Shown one piece after another: positions 39,404 through 49,394 of a DNA stretch of 64,000 bases (within the stretch, counting starts at the first letter, position 1; every line of letters starts with the position of its first letter). The position numbers and the translations under genes were made by a program. Under the pieces are notes generated by a model. The model saw only the letters and a program-made list of their open reading frames with translations. It ran no database searches and was not told the DNA's origin. Location: the IMG/VR virus record IMGVR_UViG_3300034072_000758, positions 372,001 to 436,000 of that record, one strand, 5' to 3'.

Positions 39404-39432
39404 ATCAATACCTCTAATATAAGGTATTTATG

Positions 39433-39458
39433 AAAAAACCGCCGATTAACGGCGGTTT
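39433..39458 (-). terminator. Intrinsic terminator
   Basis: AAACCGCC-GTTAATC-GGCGGTTTTTT on the minus strand. Confidence 0.75.
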
Positions 39459-39462
39459 AACT

Positions 39463-39702
39463 TTAGTCTCTTTTGTGTCCGGTATTGATCTCTTGAATCA
39501 AAATCGATGGCGCATTATCGCCTGTCAGGCGTTCGACGCATTTTTCGATATTGTCAAATTTATCTTCAAGCTGGGGATCGGTACGGGCTACCTTGACCGT
39601 GATGCCCTTTTCTTCCAGAGCATTGACGATGACCGGGATTAACGAAGTTTTACCTTCATGCTCGTTGCCTTGGATGCTGATAACAATGTTAGCGAGTGCC
39701 AT
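39463..39702 (-). CDS. Small P-loop-like protein
   Basis: GNEHEGKT motif, 79 aa. Confidence 0.5.
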   Translation of the reverse strand: MALANIVISIQGNEHEGKTSLIPVIVNALEEKGITVKVARTDPQLEDKFDNIEKCVERLTGDNAPSILIQEINTGHKRD

Positions 39703-39711
39703 ATCTTTCTC

Positions 39712-40062
39712 CTATAAGTTCATTCGGCGTTTTGCGTTGGCGAGATAGGTGTGAATGTTCTCCTTACCAATCTCGTTCATGCTGTGTACCGTGTAGGCTG
39801 GGAGCTTGAGGTCATTGTCTATACAATGATCTACCAACCATTTGGCACAATCATAGCCTGTTTTTTCTACGTTGAACACCCCGCCATAATGTAGATCAGC
39901 CAAATCGTGATCGAAAGACACATGTGCGGGGAGGCCGTTATTTATGATGTAATCTTTGAACTCGTCAAAGTTACGGACAATAACGTATGAAGCCACCGGA
40001 AGCTTCACCCAAGTGACTTCCGATGGCTCACGCATGTCATCTAAGAACAGATGATATGTCAA
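39712..40062 (-). CDS. Cyclic-phosphate-processing receiver-like domain protein
   Basis: LFLDD.R.P; SFDHDL; TGYDCAKWL; HS.N..G..NI. Confidence 0.7.
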   Translation of the reverse strand: MTYHLFLDDMREPSEVTWVKLPVASYVIVRNFDEFKDYIINNGLPAHVSFDHDLADLHYGGVFNVEKTGYDCAKWLVDHCIDNDLKLPAYTVHSMNEIGKENIHTYLANAKRRMNL

Positions 40063-41294
40063 AGAAGGCTATCCCATGTGTTGCGATGGCGGGATGCCAC
40101 GCGCATCAGTTCGACTTCAACCACTTGGTCTTCGAACTTGATCTGATAAGTGAACGTGCCAATCTTGCGGTTGATACCAACCAGATGTTCACCACTGAAC
40201 AGGATGGGGTGACACCAAACACGAATGACTTTGCGCTGAGGCGCGTCATTGGTTTGGACCGCATCTTCGTCACCATCTTCGTCGTCGTCCTCTCCATACG
40301 CTTCGTATTCGAGGAAGTCTTCTTCAACCGAAATACCAGCCTTAGCAGCCGAGATAGGGTCGTAGATAGTGGTCATGTGTGAACGCTCACCCAGCTTTTT
40401 ACCGAGGAAGTAAATGTCCACGCGGTTTTCATCTGTCCCGAACGGATTGATCCACAGTTCCTTTTGGTTCTGTCTCAACACCGGCTCACCATTCAGTGTC
40501 GTGCGAATAGTGAACATGCTGGTTTCGTTAGCCGGGGTGACGTTCAGGACAGAAATAGCCTGTGTCACGGTTTCCGAATAGCGATTCATTTCTTCAACCA
40601 GCGACTTCAAGATGTCGAAGTTGAGCTTTTCGCCCATCGTGAACTTCAAGTTCAGAATTTGCGCGGTCTTAGACTGGTCTTTCAGGCAGTCCTTACAATA
40701 TTCCGTGATGAAGTCTTCTTCCAGACCCTTGTATTCGAAGCGATAAAATACGCGACTAGGACGGTTCGTGATATGCGAGTTCAGGCGGTACTCGTCATTA
40801 CAAGTCAGCAGGAACAGTTTTTTACTGTTGAACACGCCATCCAGAAGGGTCAGGAGGTGTGGCTGATGTTCGTCCTTGTCATACACCTTCTCGAACTCGT
40901 CAAAGATGACCACAGCCGGGGTATCGATGCTCGACATGAAGGTATTGAAAGGATCGCCGTAGAACGGGGAGTTGATCAGGATAACCGGAAGGCCCGTTTC
41001 CTGAGCCAGCAAGGCGATGCGCTTGGCCAACAGGGTTTTACCCGAACCCTTTTCACCGATCAGCAGAGCGCCGGTTTGCGCTGGACGATCATGGAAGGTT
41101 CCGAGGATGCGGTTCGCGCGAGTGTCGATGTCACCGTAAATCTTCTTCGGCATTTCGAAATCATCGACTGTTTCGAGGAAAAAGCCTCGTGTTTGCGAAA
41201 GCTTAACCACGTAGGTCTTCGGTTCGAGAAAATCAGTCGTGGCGCTGGAACTGGCGATGAATACGCAGTTACCTTCTTTCGTATAATGGGTCAT
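40059..41294 (-). CDS. AAA+ ATPase
   Basis: GEKGSGKT; VIFDEFEK; LLTLLDG; LLTCN; NRPSR. Confidence 0.9.
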   Translation of the reverse strand: MTHYTKEGNCVFIASSSATTDFLEPKTYVVKLSQTRGFFLETVDDFEMPKKIYGDIDTRANRILGTFHDRPAQTGALLIGEKGSGKTLLAKRIALLAQETGLPVILINSPFYGDPFNTFMSSIDTPAVVIFDEFEKVYDKDEHQPHLLTLLDGVFNSKKLFLLTCNDEYRLNSHITNRPSRVFYRFEYKGLEEDFITEYCKDCLKDQSKTAQILNLKFTMGEKLNFDILKSLVEEMNRYSETVTQAISVLNVTPANETSMFTIRTTLNGEPVLRQNQKELWINPFGTDENRVDIYFLGKKLGERSHMTTIYDPISAAKAGISVEEDFLEYEAYGEDDDEDGDEDAVQTNDAPQRKVIRVWCHPILFSGEHLVGINRKIGTFTYQIKFEDQVVEVELMRVASRHRNTWDSLL

Positions 41295-41430
41295 TAAATC
41301 CTCTGGGGAACGCTACTGGATGCCGTAAGTTATAGTTAACAGGATTTATTTCGAGACACAATAAAAAAATGGTAAATATCTTATGAAAAAATAAATTGAT
41401 TTTTCATAGGCCAGAGGACTAGAATTTCAC

Positions 41431-41769
41431 ATGCTAATGGACTTTTCGCATCTGAGTACAGAAGAACTCAGTAAACGTATGATGGAGCTTTCCAAAAAAT
41501 TCAATATCGCACAGCGCACTAATAGTGGTTCTACCGAGCAACTACAAGTCGTTTTGAACAGTCTTCGTTTTGAATTACAATCCAGAATGAGCACGAAGAT
41601 TGCCGAGGACATGTATAAGAAGATACCAACCGTGGTAGATTCTGATCCAGACCTCAACGAGAAGAATTATAAGCCGAAGCCGCCGAAAACGGACACTGAA
41701 AAGAAAAAAGAAAAGATCACTCAGAACCCGTTCCAAAAAACATCTAAACCAACTTCGGGAGAATTTTAA
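41431..41769 (+). CDS. Hypothetical protein
   Basis: 112-aa ORF. Confidence 0.6.
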   Translation: MLMDFSHLSTEELSKRMMELSKKFNIAQRTNSGSTEQLQVVLNSLRFELQSRMSTKIAEDMYKKIPTVVDSDPDLNEKNYKPKPPKTDTEKKKEKITQNPFQKTSKPTSGEF

Positions 41770-42473
41770 TGGACGAAGACGACGATACACCGATGATCAC
41801 GCAGCGCTTTCATTTCAATGCGCAAGCCACACGCTACATCGATAACGCGGTGTTTCCCTTCATCATCGAAGCCAGAGCGCTATTTGATTATCACAGCGAA
41901 AATGAAGACGAAATCGTTTTCTGCCTAGAGAAAATCCAATACTGGATCGACCATGTTCTTGATAATTCAGTCATGTTTTCGGTCTCCAACAAAACCGCTC
42001 GATCCATTTTCCTTAGTGAAAATCAAGCCCCCGATAACATGATGATCATTACCCCGGATGACCCGGATGATGATATGTTCTTGGCGGTAGTCTTGGCAAA
42101 ACTTCAAGCTTTGGGTGGTGATCATATCACTTTTGGTTCTCTGGAATTGACACGCCCCAACCGCATGGGTATTTCGTCCATCATCTTCAACGGTGCTGAT
42201 AAGGAGCCATGCTCTCTTCTGCCTAGTGGAGAGGATTGGTTCGGTGACGCCCCTCGTAGGTATTTTGATAAGCCGTGGTGGGAACGTGATGACGGAAGCT
42301 CATTCGATGCTTTGCCGTCCGATAACCAAGATCATACGGTTCGTCCAGCTTGGGCTTTCGATTTCGAGTTCTTACGAGAGAAGCACCCAATCACCCCAAA
42401 TAGACCAAAACCAACCCCACCAACAGGCGGCGTCGGGTTCGTAGCAAAAATTATTGACGGCGGCAAAAAGTGA
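41769..42473 (+). CDS. Conserved hypothetical protein
   Basis: 234-aa ORF coupled to the DnaE-like fragment. Confidence 0.65.
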   Translation: MDEDDDTPMITQRFHFNAQATRYIDNAVFPFIIEARALFDYHSENEDEIVFCLEKIQYWIDHVLDNSVMFSVSNKTARSIFLSENQAPDNMMIITPDDPDDDMFLAVVLAKLQALGGDHITFGSLELTRPNRMGISSIIFNGADKEPCSLLPSGEDWFGDAPRRYFDKPWWERDDGSSFDALPSDNQDHTVRPAWAFDFEFLREKHPITPNRPKPTPPTGGVGFVAKIIDGGKK

Positions 42474-42991
42474 ACCGACTTGTAAATCGGGATGGAAGCA
42501 TTATCGTAAGCGCTGAGGATATTTCCAAGGCACTTACGACCGCCTGTCCCTCCGACAAAATCTTTGTAGATCGCATCACCGATGATGTACGTGCCTACAA
42601 TGAATGGTGTGAGAAGCGCTTCAAGCCAGATTTCAAGATCGAAGTGAGGGAATATACGCCACCCACCCCGGAAGATCATGTTCAGCAATCACAAATCTGG
42701 AACATACCCTCTGGCTATAAAACGGTTGATGCTAGAGAATATGTTTTGGGGTTGTGTCAGACCCCGGCTGAACTGGATCGCGTAAATTACGAAATGGCTC
42801 TATTTGAAGAACGTGAGCTAATGCCACTTCTCCAATTGATGATTTATTTGGTTGACGAGTTCCGCAAACACAAAATCGTTTGGGGTGTCGGTCGCGGGTC
42901 ATCTTGTGCCAGTTATGTCCTGTTCCTGATTGGTATCCACAAAATCGATTCAATCAAGTACGGATTGGACGTTCACGAGTTCCTTAAGTAG
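42470..42991 (+). CDS. DnaE (Pol III alpha)-like N-terminal fragment
   Basis: RVNYEM..F; WGVGRGSSCASYVLFLIGIHKIDSIKYGL..EFL matches the DnaE GRGS region. Confidence 0.8.
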   Translation: MNRLVNRDGSIIVSAEDISKALTTACPSDKIFVDRITDDVRAYNEWCEKRFKPDFKIEVREYTPPTPEDHVQQSQIWNIPSGYKTVDAREYVLGLCQTPAELDRVNYEMALFEERELMPLLQLMIYLVDEFRKHKIVWGVGRGSSCASYVLFLIGIHKIDSIKYGLDVHEFLK

Positions 42992-43274
42992 ATTCGATTA
43001 TTTCGAGATCGTTGAGGCCATTCAACACCATTTCGGAAGGAATGGTGTTGTTGTGATTCAGGCTCCACAAAGCGCTGGTATGGGGGATATTCGCTTTGTG
43101 TAAAGCTTCTTGAGCAAGCGACAATCCCATTTCGTCACGAAGGGTAGCGCTCATTTCCTTTGCGCTGGTGAAGGTATAATTCTTCGTCACCGGAGCAATC
43201 AGATAACCCATATGAAAGGTCATATTATCAAAATCGATATGAAAATATCGATCCGCTGATTTACAAATGAACAT
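42984..43274 (-). CDS. Hypothetical protein
   Basis: GGAGG RBS; 96 aa. Confidence 0.5.
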   Translation of the reverse strand: MFICKSADRYFHIDFDNMTFHMGYLIAPVTKNYTFTSAKEMSATLRDEMGLSLAQEALHKANIPHTSALWSLNHNNTIPSEMVLNGLNDLEIIEST

Positions 43275-43394
43275 ATGGCCTCCATGTATAACGTAATTAT
43301 TTGATTATCTCATATTTTTTACATATGTCAATAGAAATAAATTGTTGAGACTCCATCAATATGATACTATATTATAATAAAGGAAATACTATAC

Positions 43395-43898
43395 ATGAGA
43401 ATACTTTTAGAAAACAATAAATCTTTCCATCTAAATGAGATACCAGATACAGTCGATCACATTTATTATTGTGTACTCGATTATTCTAATCCCAATACTG
43501 ATGTTGATTTCTTTCAAATTCCGTTGATCTTCATGGAACAGTTTCCTAGACCATCGGCGGAATTAATGATTGGGAAGTATCGTATTCAAATGCCGTTGGA
43601 TTGGTCAGTAATCATCGCGGATAAAAACCTTGGTTTGCTTGAGGTCATGGAAATCAAGCATTTGAATGATCGCCAGTTCGACGCATTCGTTCTTAATCCT
43701 TCGGCTTATATGCCGCAATTTTACGACATCAGTATCAATAATATCTACCCAGATGTGAACTGGTGCGTACCTAAGCTGAAAAAAGGGCATATTCTCGTAG
43801 TGCCTCTGTCAGACGAACCCGATCCGCCTTGTGCGTATTTCGTCAAGGAAACAAACAAGCTTCACGACAGCTTGGATATTTCGAGAATTTTATCATAG
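43395..43898 (+). CDS. Conserved hypothetical protein
   Basis: AAGGA RBS; 167 aa. Confidence 0.7.
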   Translation: MRILLENNKSFHLNEIPDTVDHIYYCVLDYSNPNTDVDFFQIPLIFMEQFPRPSAELMIGKYRIQMPLDWSVIIADKNLGLLEVMEIKHLNDRQFDAFVLNPSAYMPQFYDISINNIYPDVNWCVPKLKKGHILVVPLSDEPDPPCAYFVKETNKLHDSLDISRILS

Positions 43899-43910
43899 GA
43901 AGAATGTAAC

Positions 43911-44249
43911 ATGTCAAGAAAAAACAAGATTTTAGCAATGGTCCAAGACCATGATCGTTTTATAGGTATCGGAAACGTCAAGCAATCGGGCTACCTCGCC
44001 AAGGAAATTTTTCATGAATTGCTTGGTTATGTTGATGATCTGGAAGAACGTGTCTCGAAGCTGGAAGCGTCAACTACAGTTACCGTCGCGTCTTCTGTTC
44101 CAGAAGGTCTTATCCAGCCAAAGCCGGTAAAAAAGGCCACCGCACCAAAAAATACATTGAAAACCGCCGCAACTACGGTTAAGAAAGAAAGTGAATCGGT
44201 TCCTTCCACACCGTCAAAGCGTCCTGTAAAGAAGAATGTCAAAGTTTAA
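43911..44249 (+). CDS. Hypothetical protein with basic tail
   Basis: 112-aa ORF. Confidence 0.6.
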   Translation: MSRKNKILAMVQDHDRFIGIGNVKQSGYLAKEIFHELLGYVDDLEERVSKLEASTTVTVASSVPEGLIQPKPVKKATAPKNTLKTAATTVKKESESVPSTPSKRPVKKNVKV

Positions 44250-44727
44250 GCTCGACATATTTGAGACCCTAGCGGCGGTTGATAGCCGCAACTTTGATTT
44301 CCTTCAAAGTAAATCCGATGATGAACGGAAAGCTTTCGCCCCCGTGGTGGTTATGCGATGGGCTTCCGCCATCACCGATGGTAAATCGGCGGGGAATCAG
44401 ATCGTAGCGGTGAACGAGAAAGTCAATAAGGACTTCTGGGACATCGCCGATCACCCCGATTTACAATTCCGCCTGATGGCATCCGCAGGAATGGGGCGAA
44501 AACAACGCCACGAATGGATTGCTAACGCCAAGGCAGACAAGTCTTCCAATAAGCTCATTTCTTTCATACAGTCGATTTATCCTGAATACAATGACATGGA
44601 AGCGAACATAGTCCTGAGTAAGTTTAATATTGACTCGTTCAAATACTTTTTAGTATCTTGTGCTGTAGAAGAAAAAGAAGAAAAAGACTTACTCAATGCC
44701 TTCAAAGCCCACCTTAAGTATCTTTAA
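44236..44727 (+). CDS. Putative clamp-loader small subunit (gp62-like)
   Basis: LDIF..L.A.D....DF......E.K.F.P.V.MRWAS pattern. Confidence 0.5.
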   Translation: MSKFKLDIFETLAAVDSRNFDFLQSKSDDERKAFAPVVVMRWASAITDGKSAGNQIVAVNEKVNKDFWDIADHPDLQFRLMASAGMGRKQRHEWIANAKADKSSNKLISFIQSIYPEYNDMEANIVLSKFNIDSFKYFLVSCAVEEKEEKDLLNAFKAHLKYL

Positions 44728-45523
44728 GTGCCATAGTTGTGGTGGTGAGTTCAAGTCAAAGGCTCGCTACCAGAATCATGTATGCGGCGCACCGCTCAAA
44801 TGCGATACACCTAAGCCCAAAAAAACCCCGCGCCCCAAGATCGTGAAGAACGACATATTTGAGTGCGAGTTTTGCGGTAAAGAATATAAATCACAAGCAT
44901 CGTTTGAAAAACACGCTTGTGAAAAAAAGCTTCGCTACATAAATCGAGACGAACGAGTTGAACGGACAGCATTCGACATCTATGCCAAGTGGTATAGAAT
45001 GACTATGTACCGCGACACTACGGAAATTCTTTTCATAAAGAGTCCTTCGTATTCGGCTTTTATAGATTTCGCCAAGTTCATTATCGAAGTCCAACCACCG
45101 CAAAAATGGTTTCACTATTTGGAGTGGTTGGTGAAAAAGCAAGTTCGAAATACCGATTGGTGTACTCAAGAAAAGTACAGCGAATACTTGCGGTTCCTGA
45201 TCCGCAATGAGACCTACGAAAATGCCATCGAGAGATCGGCAATTGTCGTATTGAAGCACTGTGTTCAAAGCGGAATTGAGCCTCGTGATTTTATGGCCAA
45301 AGTGTCCATCCCGTTGGTGGTACTCTGGTTGGAAACTGGACGTATCAGCCCGTGGATTTTGCTGATGTCCGATAATAAAAACAAACTCATGTCTCGACTG
45401 TCCAATGAAGAAGCAACTCGCATGACGCAGATCATCGATGTCCAATATTGGAACAAAAAAATTGACTTCGACCAGAAAAGAAAGGATACTGCTAAGTATC
45501 TACTTAGACAGTTAGAAATATGA
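44696..45523 (+). CDS. C2H2 zinc-finger-containing protein
   Basis: CHSCG..F..H and CEFCGKEY..H motifs. Confidence 0.7.
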   Translation: MPSKPTLSIFKCHSCGGEFKSKARYQNHVCGAPLKCDTPKPKKTPRPKIVKNDIFECEFCGKEYKSQASFEKHACEKKLRYINRDERVERTAFDIYAKWYRMTMYRDTTEILFIKSPSYSAFIDFAKFIIEVQPPQKWFHYLEWLVKKQVRNTDWCTQEKYSEYLRFLIRNETYENAIERSAIVVLKHCVQSGIEPRDFMAKVSIPLVVLWLETGRISPWILLMSDNKNKLMSRLSNEEATRMTQIIDVQYWNKKIDFDQKRKDTAKYLLRQLEI

Positions 45524-45765
45524 GTGAAGAACAAGTACCGGCGGGAATGTATTCCCAGCCGCACAATATGGATACCCCAGACGATATTCCCGCTAGATTG
45601 TCTACCGATGGTTTGCGCGACCGTGCGTTGATTGCGCAGTGCTTGAAGGAAAATCAGCTTCTTAGGGAACAAATAAGTAAGCTGAACCGCAAAATGCTAT
45701 CACTCTCCAATCAATTACATACCATAAAAAACGAACTTAAAAGAAAAGTCGATAAGAGGGACTGA
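45520..45765 (+). CDS. Small coiled-coil protein
   Basis: ATGA overlap; heptad pattern. Confidence 0.55.
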   Translation: MSEEQVPAGMYSQPHNMDTPDDIPARLSTDGLRDRALIAQCLKENQLLREQISKLNRKMLSLSNQLHTIKNELKRKVDKRD

Positions 45766-45768
45766 TAC

Positions 45769-46221
45769 ATGGCGTATGTCAGAGTAAATGATATGGAGAC
45801 CGACCGCCGTTTGGACTTCATTGTATTCCCAGATGATGATTATCTGGACGATTTCTGGGAAAAGGAAGACCCGTTACTTAAAGCAATCACGCATGATTTC
45901 TTTAAGGATCGTGTTCGCTGGTGTGATCTGTCCCCGGTACATTATCGCTTTCTCATAATCGAGACAATGAAAGTCTTGACCAAACTGGACGATCCCCGAT
46001 TCCGCGACGAAGACGATGAAGTGGTCAAGAACCTCAAGTTCCTCCTATGCGGCCTCGTGAGATCAACGCAGGATGTTACTGATGCTTTGGTGGAGTTCAT
46101 TAAGATCGACCGTCTAAACGATGGTGAAGTTCTGTTCAATTTCACCATGTCCGCAAACATGCTTCTTGAACTGAGTAGGAAGCCGAAGAAAGGCTTGAAG
46201 GTCGTTGTAGATAATGGCTAA
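45769..46221 (+). CDS. Hypothetical protein
   Basis: 150-aa ORF. Confidence 0.6.
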   Translation: MAYVRVNDMETDRRLDFIVFPDDDYLDDFWEKEDPLLKAITHDFFKDRVRWCDLSPVHYRFLIIETMKVLTKLDDPRFRDEDDEVVKNLKFLLCGLVRSTQDVTDALVEFIKIDRLNDGEVLFNFTMSANMLLELSRKPKKGLKVVVDNG

Positions 46222-46798
46222 GGTCAATACAGACATCGATATAGATTTTGCGGATCGTGCGGCTATTCTCGTCAAATTGCCGCATATACCGGCTATGCTT
46301 CAAAAGAGCGATGGTCCGGCTCCGCACAATTCTGGTGTTTATTTTCAGCAGCCTATCATTGACCCGATCAACAAGCTACCCATTCTGGATGCCGATCAAG
46401 CCGAAGAACACGGGTTCTTCAAGATCGATTTTTTGAACAATTCATTGTATGACGGTATCCGAGACGAAGCTCACTTAATCGATCTCATGACACAAGAACC
46501 CATGTGGGAACTGTTGTGGAATGAGGCGGTGTCGTCTAAGCTGGCCCATTTGGGTAAGGCTCAAGCCATAATAAACAAAATACAACCACAAAATATTGAG
46601 GAACTGGCGATAGTAATATCGCTAACGCGACCGGGTAAAGCGTACCTTCTGGATGCCTCCATTGAAGAAATTCGTGAGAATATTTGGAAGAAAGAAGAGA
46701 AATTTTATTTCAAAAAAGCTCACGCAATAGCTTACGCTACCTCCATTGTGGTTCAATTGAACTTCATGTGCGAAAAGCTGCTGGCTGATGACCGATGA
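46214..46798 (+). CDS. DnaE (Pol III alpha)-like catalytic-region fragment
   Basis: DIDIDF catalytic motif; HNSGVY; GFFKIDFL; P..IEELA..ISL.RPG; FKKAHAIAYA. Confidence 0.85.
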   Translation: MAKVNTDIDIDFADRAAILVKLPHIPAMLQKSDGPAPHNSGVYFQQPIIDPINKLPILDADQAEEHGFFKIDFLNNSLYDGIRDEAHLIDLMTQEPMWELLWNEAVSSKLAHLGKAQAIINKIQPQNIEELAIVISLTRPGKAYLLDASIEEIRENIWKKEEKFYFKKAHAIAYATSIVVQLNFMCEKLLADDR

Positions 46799-47123
46799 AT
46801 TAATTGTATATAGCACAACACTCTTTGCTCAAAGTAAGCACTTTAGGGTGCCATTGATCGATCTCACGATTAACGAATGCCATCTGGATAGTGGGCGGTT
46901 CTATAAATTTCGTAAAATAGAATGTTCGTATACTGTCCCCATTATGATTGATAGAAGCTCTAGTCAGCGGGTTGTAGATTTTTTTACTGACAAAGTAGAG
47001 CTAATCAAAGATAAGCCGTGGGATGTGGAAATTCTTTCACACCATGTTAATAAAATTGAAATTCGATTTAAATTTCATTATGATGAAGACGCAGTAATTT
47101 TTAAGTTGTTGAGTACCCAATGA
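46788..47123 (+). CDS. Hypothetical protein
   Basis: 111-aa ORF. Confidence 0.5.
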   Translation: MTDELIVYSTTLFAQSKHFRVPLIDLTINECHLDSGRFYKFRKIECSYTVPIMIDRSSSQRVVDFFTDKVELIKDKPWDVEILSHHVNKIEIRFKFHYDEDAVIFKLLSTQ

Positions 47124-47647
47124 TACACATGGTTCCAAAAGATGTTCTTCACATCACAGATTGTAATCTGATCAGTACAAATAACGGATATAGTTCGAGC
47201 GGTATTAACGTATCTCTCGACTTATCCAAGATCAGCAATACCACTCGGTTCATGGATGATATTCAAGAAGGACTTATGAACCTTGGCTATGTTGTTGCGA
47301 TTTTACAAAACTTTAACCTGTACGACAAGTTTTTAGAACCCACCGATGTTCGGAAATACTTTGATACCGTGCCATGTGATGTGTATATGCAACCCGTATA
47401 CGGAATGACTTACAATCTTTTGTTCGCAGACATAAATGAGTACAATCGATTTGTGACCTATAAAGGTTTTCATTCTTTTCGAGTGAAAAGCCAATCAGTC
47501 CACGCCGAAATTGATACTTATTTCCAACAAATGCCGCCTACTCAGCGCTTTAGACACGACCGGGCTTCCGACCGAGTTGTCTTCACGAGCGATCACGATG
47601 CTACAGCATTCAAAGTAAGATTTTCGGAAAATGTGTACGAAATATGA
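47120..47647 (+). CDS. Hypothetical protein
   Basis: 175-aa ORF. Confidence 0.55.
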   Translation: MIHMVPKDVLHITDCNLISTNNGYSSSGINVSLDLSKISNTTRFMDDIQEGLMNLGYVVAILQNFNLYDKFLEPTDVRKYFDTVPCDVYMQPVYGMTYNLLFADINEYNRFVTYKGFHSFRVKSQSVHAEIDTYFQQMPPTQRFRHDRASDRVVFTSDHDATAFKVRFSENVYEI

Positions 47648-48255
47648 GAAATATAGTAGCGTTCGTCGGATTTAAAGGTTGTGGTAAGAACTCCGCAGCA
47701 AACATACTCACTCGATATGGATATACCAACTTTGCTTATGCCGATTCACTAAAGGATACGGTGGCTACGATCTTTTGCTGGGATCGTAAAATGGTCGAAG
47801 GTGATACCGCAGAAAGTCGCGTTTGGCGCGAAACTGTGGACACTTGGTGGGCTAAGAAGCTGGATATGCCACACTTCACACCGCGCTTCGCACTTCAATA
47901 CGTTGGAACTGATCTTTTTCGTAAACATTTTCACACTAATGTGTGGCTGATGAATATGGAGCGCCGAATTGATTTGGTGGGAACCGATATTGCTATAACA
48001 GATTGTCGTTTTCCAAATGAAATCGGATTAGTTCGTGAGCTTGGGGGTACGATCATTCGTATCAAACGTGGTGATGAACCTATTTGGTATAACGATGCTT
48101 TGCTTGCGAATACCGAACAAAACTTTTCCATTATGGAAAAACACGGCATTCATGAAAGTGAATGGGCTTGGATTGGCCAACATTATCATCACGTAATCGA
48201 GAACTCTTCTTCTATTGACAGATTAGAACAGGCCGTGCTATCTGTCGTGAAATAA
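47644..48255 (+). CDS. Deoxynucleoside monophosphate kinase
   Basis: GFKGCGKN; FAYADSLKD; PRFALQYVGTD; ITDCRFPNE; HESE. Confidence 0.9.
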   Translation: MRNIVAFVGFKGCGKNSAANILTRYGYTNFAYADSLKDTVATIFCWDRKMVEGDTAESRVWRETVDTWWAKKLDMPHFTPRFALQYVGTDLFRKHFHTNVWLMNMERRIDLVGTDIAITDCRFPNEIGLVRELGGTIIRIKRGDEPIWYNDALLANTEQNFSIMEKHGIHESEWAWIGQHYHHVIENSSSIDRLEQAVLSVVK

Positions 48256-48273
48256 ATCACGTTAGGAGTAGTC

Positions 48274-48801
48274 ATGCGCCGCAAGCTGTCATTTCAAACT
48301 AAAGATATAAAGACCCCGGAATTGCTGGTTCTTTATGTGCTTGTTCGCACCGACATGGCCTCTATGAGTAGCGGTCGATCCGCCGCCCAAGTCGGCCACG
48401 CGACTACTCAGTTCGAGTTCGACGCCAGCAACTCACCATCGAATGACCCGGAAATCGATGCTCTGCGTGTTCTGTCCGGCATCACTTCGACTGGTCCCGT
48501 GAATCCGGCTCTGGATCAAAAGATCGCCGCGTGGAAAGCTTCAACCCGTGGTGGCTTCGGTACACAAATCGTTCTGAATTGCCCGTCCGCCGCAGAAATG
48601 TATGCGCGGGTTGAGAAGGCTCAGGCAGCTAACGTTCACGCTGGGATTGTCAACGACCCGGAGTATTTCGTTCAAGATGGGCGCGCATTTCATCCAATTT
48701 CCGTGGATACCTGCGCATACATCTTCGGGCGGAAGGACGAATGTTTCCCCTTCGTCGGGGATATGGCATTGCTGATGGATAAAGATTTTCTGAATAGGTA
48801 A
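48274..48801 (+). CDS. Peptidyl-tRNA hydrolase, Pth2 type
   Basis: YVLVRTDM..MSSGRSAAQVGHA; QIVL; IVND. Confidence 0.75.
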   Translation: MRRKLSFQTKDIKTPELLVLYVLVRTDMASMSSGRSAAQVGHATTQFEFDASNSPSNDPEIDALRVLSGITSTGPVNPALDQKIAAWKASTRGGFGTQIVLNCPSAAEMYARVEKAQAANVHAGIVNDPEYFVQDGRAFHPISVDTCAYIFGRKDECFPFVGDMALLMDKDFLNR

Positions 48802-48806
48802 TTGAT

Positions 48807-49394
48807 ATGGCTACCTATTCAGAACTTCCCGATCCACCAGAGTCGCCCAAGAAACAAGGCCGGAACATGCCAGCCAAAGAATTTTACAAGATCGTGAATG
48901 CCGAAGGTCATTACTTTGACAATAATAACTTCGGCCCAAACAATCATGGCCAAATTTTCAAGGTCCACAATGACGCATTGGCTGTCGCGCGGCGACTGGC
49001 CATAAATGATGGTCATAATTGTACGCTGGAAACTTGCGTTACGGTGCCTGTGAGCCAAGAGGTCATGTTTGATGATCCGCAAGTTCTTTATCTGATCGAA
49101 GTTAGACAAAAGCTGAAAAATATCGATGGCAACATCGCACAGCATTTGTTCCGAATGTCTTTGACACACGATGTCAGGGAATACCCATTCGTTATTCATC
49201 GCAATCCGATTGATAAATCTGAAAACAAATTTATCAAGACCGAAGCTGAGATCGATTATGTCATATCGTCCAAGAAGACGCGCTGGCGCTATCTCTCAGT
49301 TCGAACACTGGATGATGTCATGATGCTCAAGCTCATTATGGGAGCGGACTTTCTCATGGCCATCGATCTCGAAACTTTTGAAGTTTTGAAATAA
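48807..49394 (+). CDS. Hypothetical protein
   Basis: 195-aa ORF. Confidence 0.6.
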   Translation: MATYSELPDPPESPKKQGRNMPAKEFYKIVNAEGHYFDNNNFGPNNHGQIFKVHNDALAVARRLAINDGHNCTLETCVTVPVSQEVMFDDPQVLYLIEVRQKLKNIDGNIAQHLFRMSLTHDVREYPFVIHRNPIDKSENKFIKTEAEIDYVISSKKTRWRYLSVRTLDDVMMLKLIMGADFLMAIDLETFEVLK

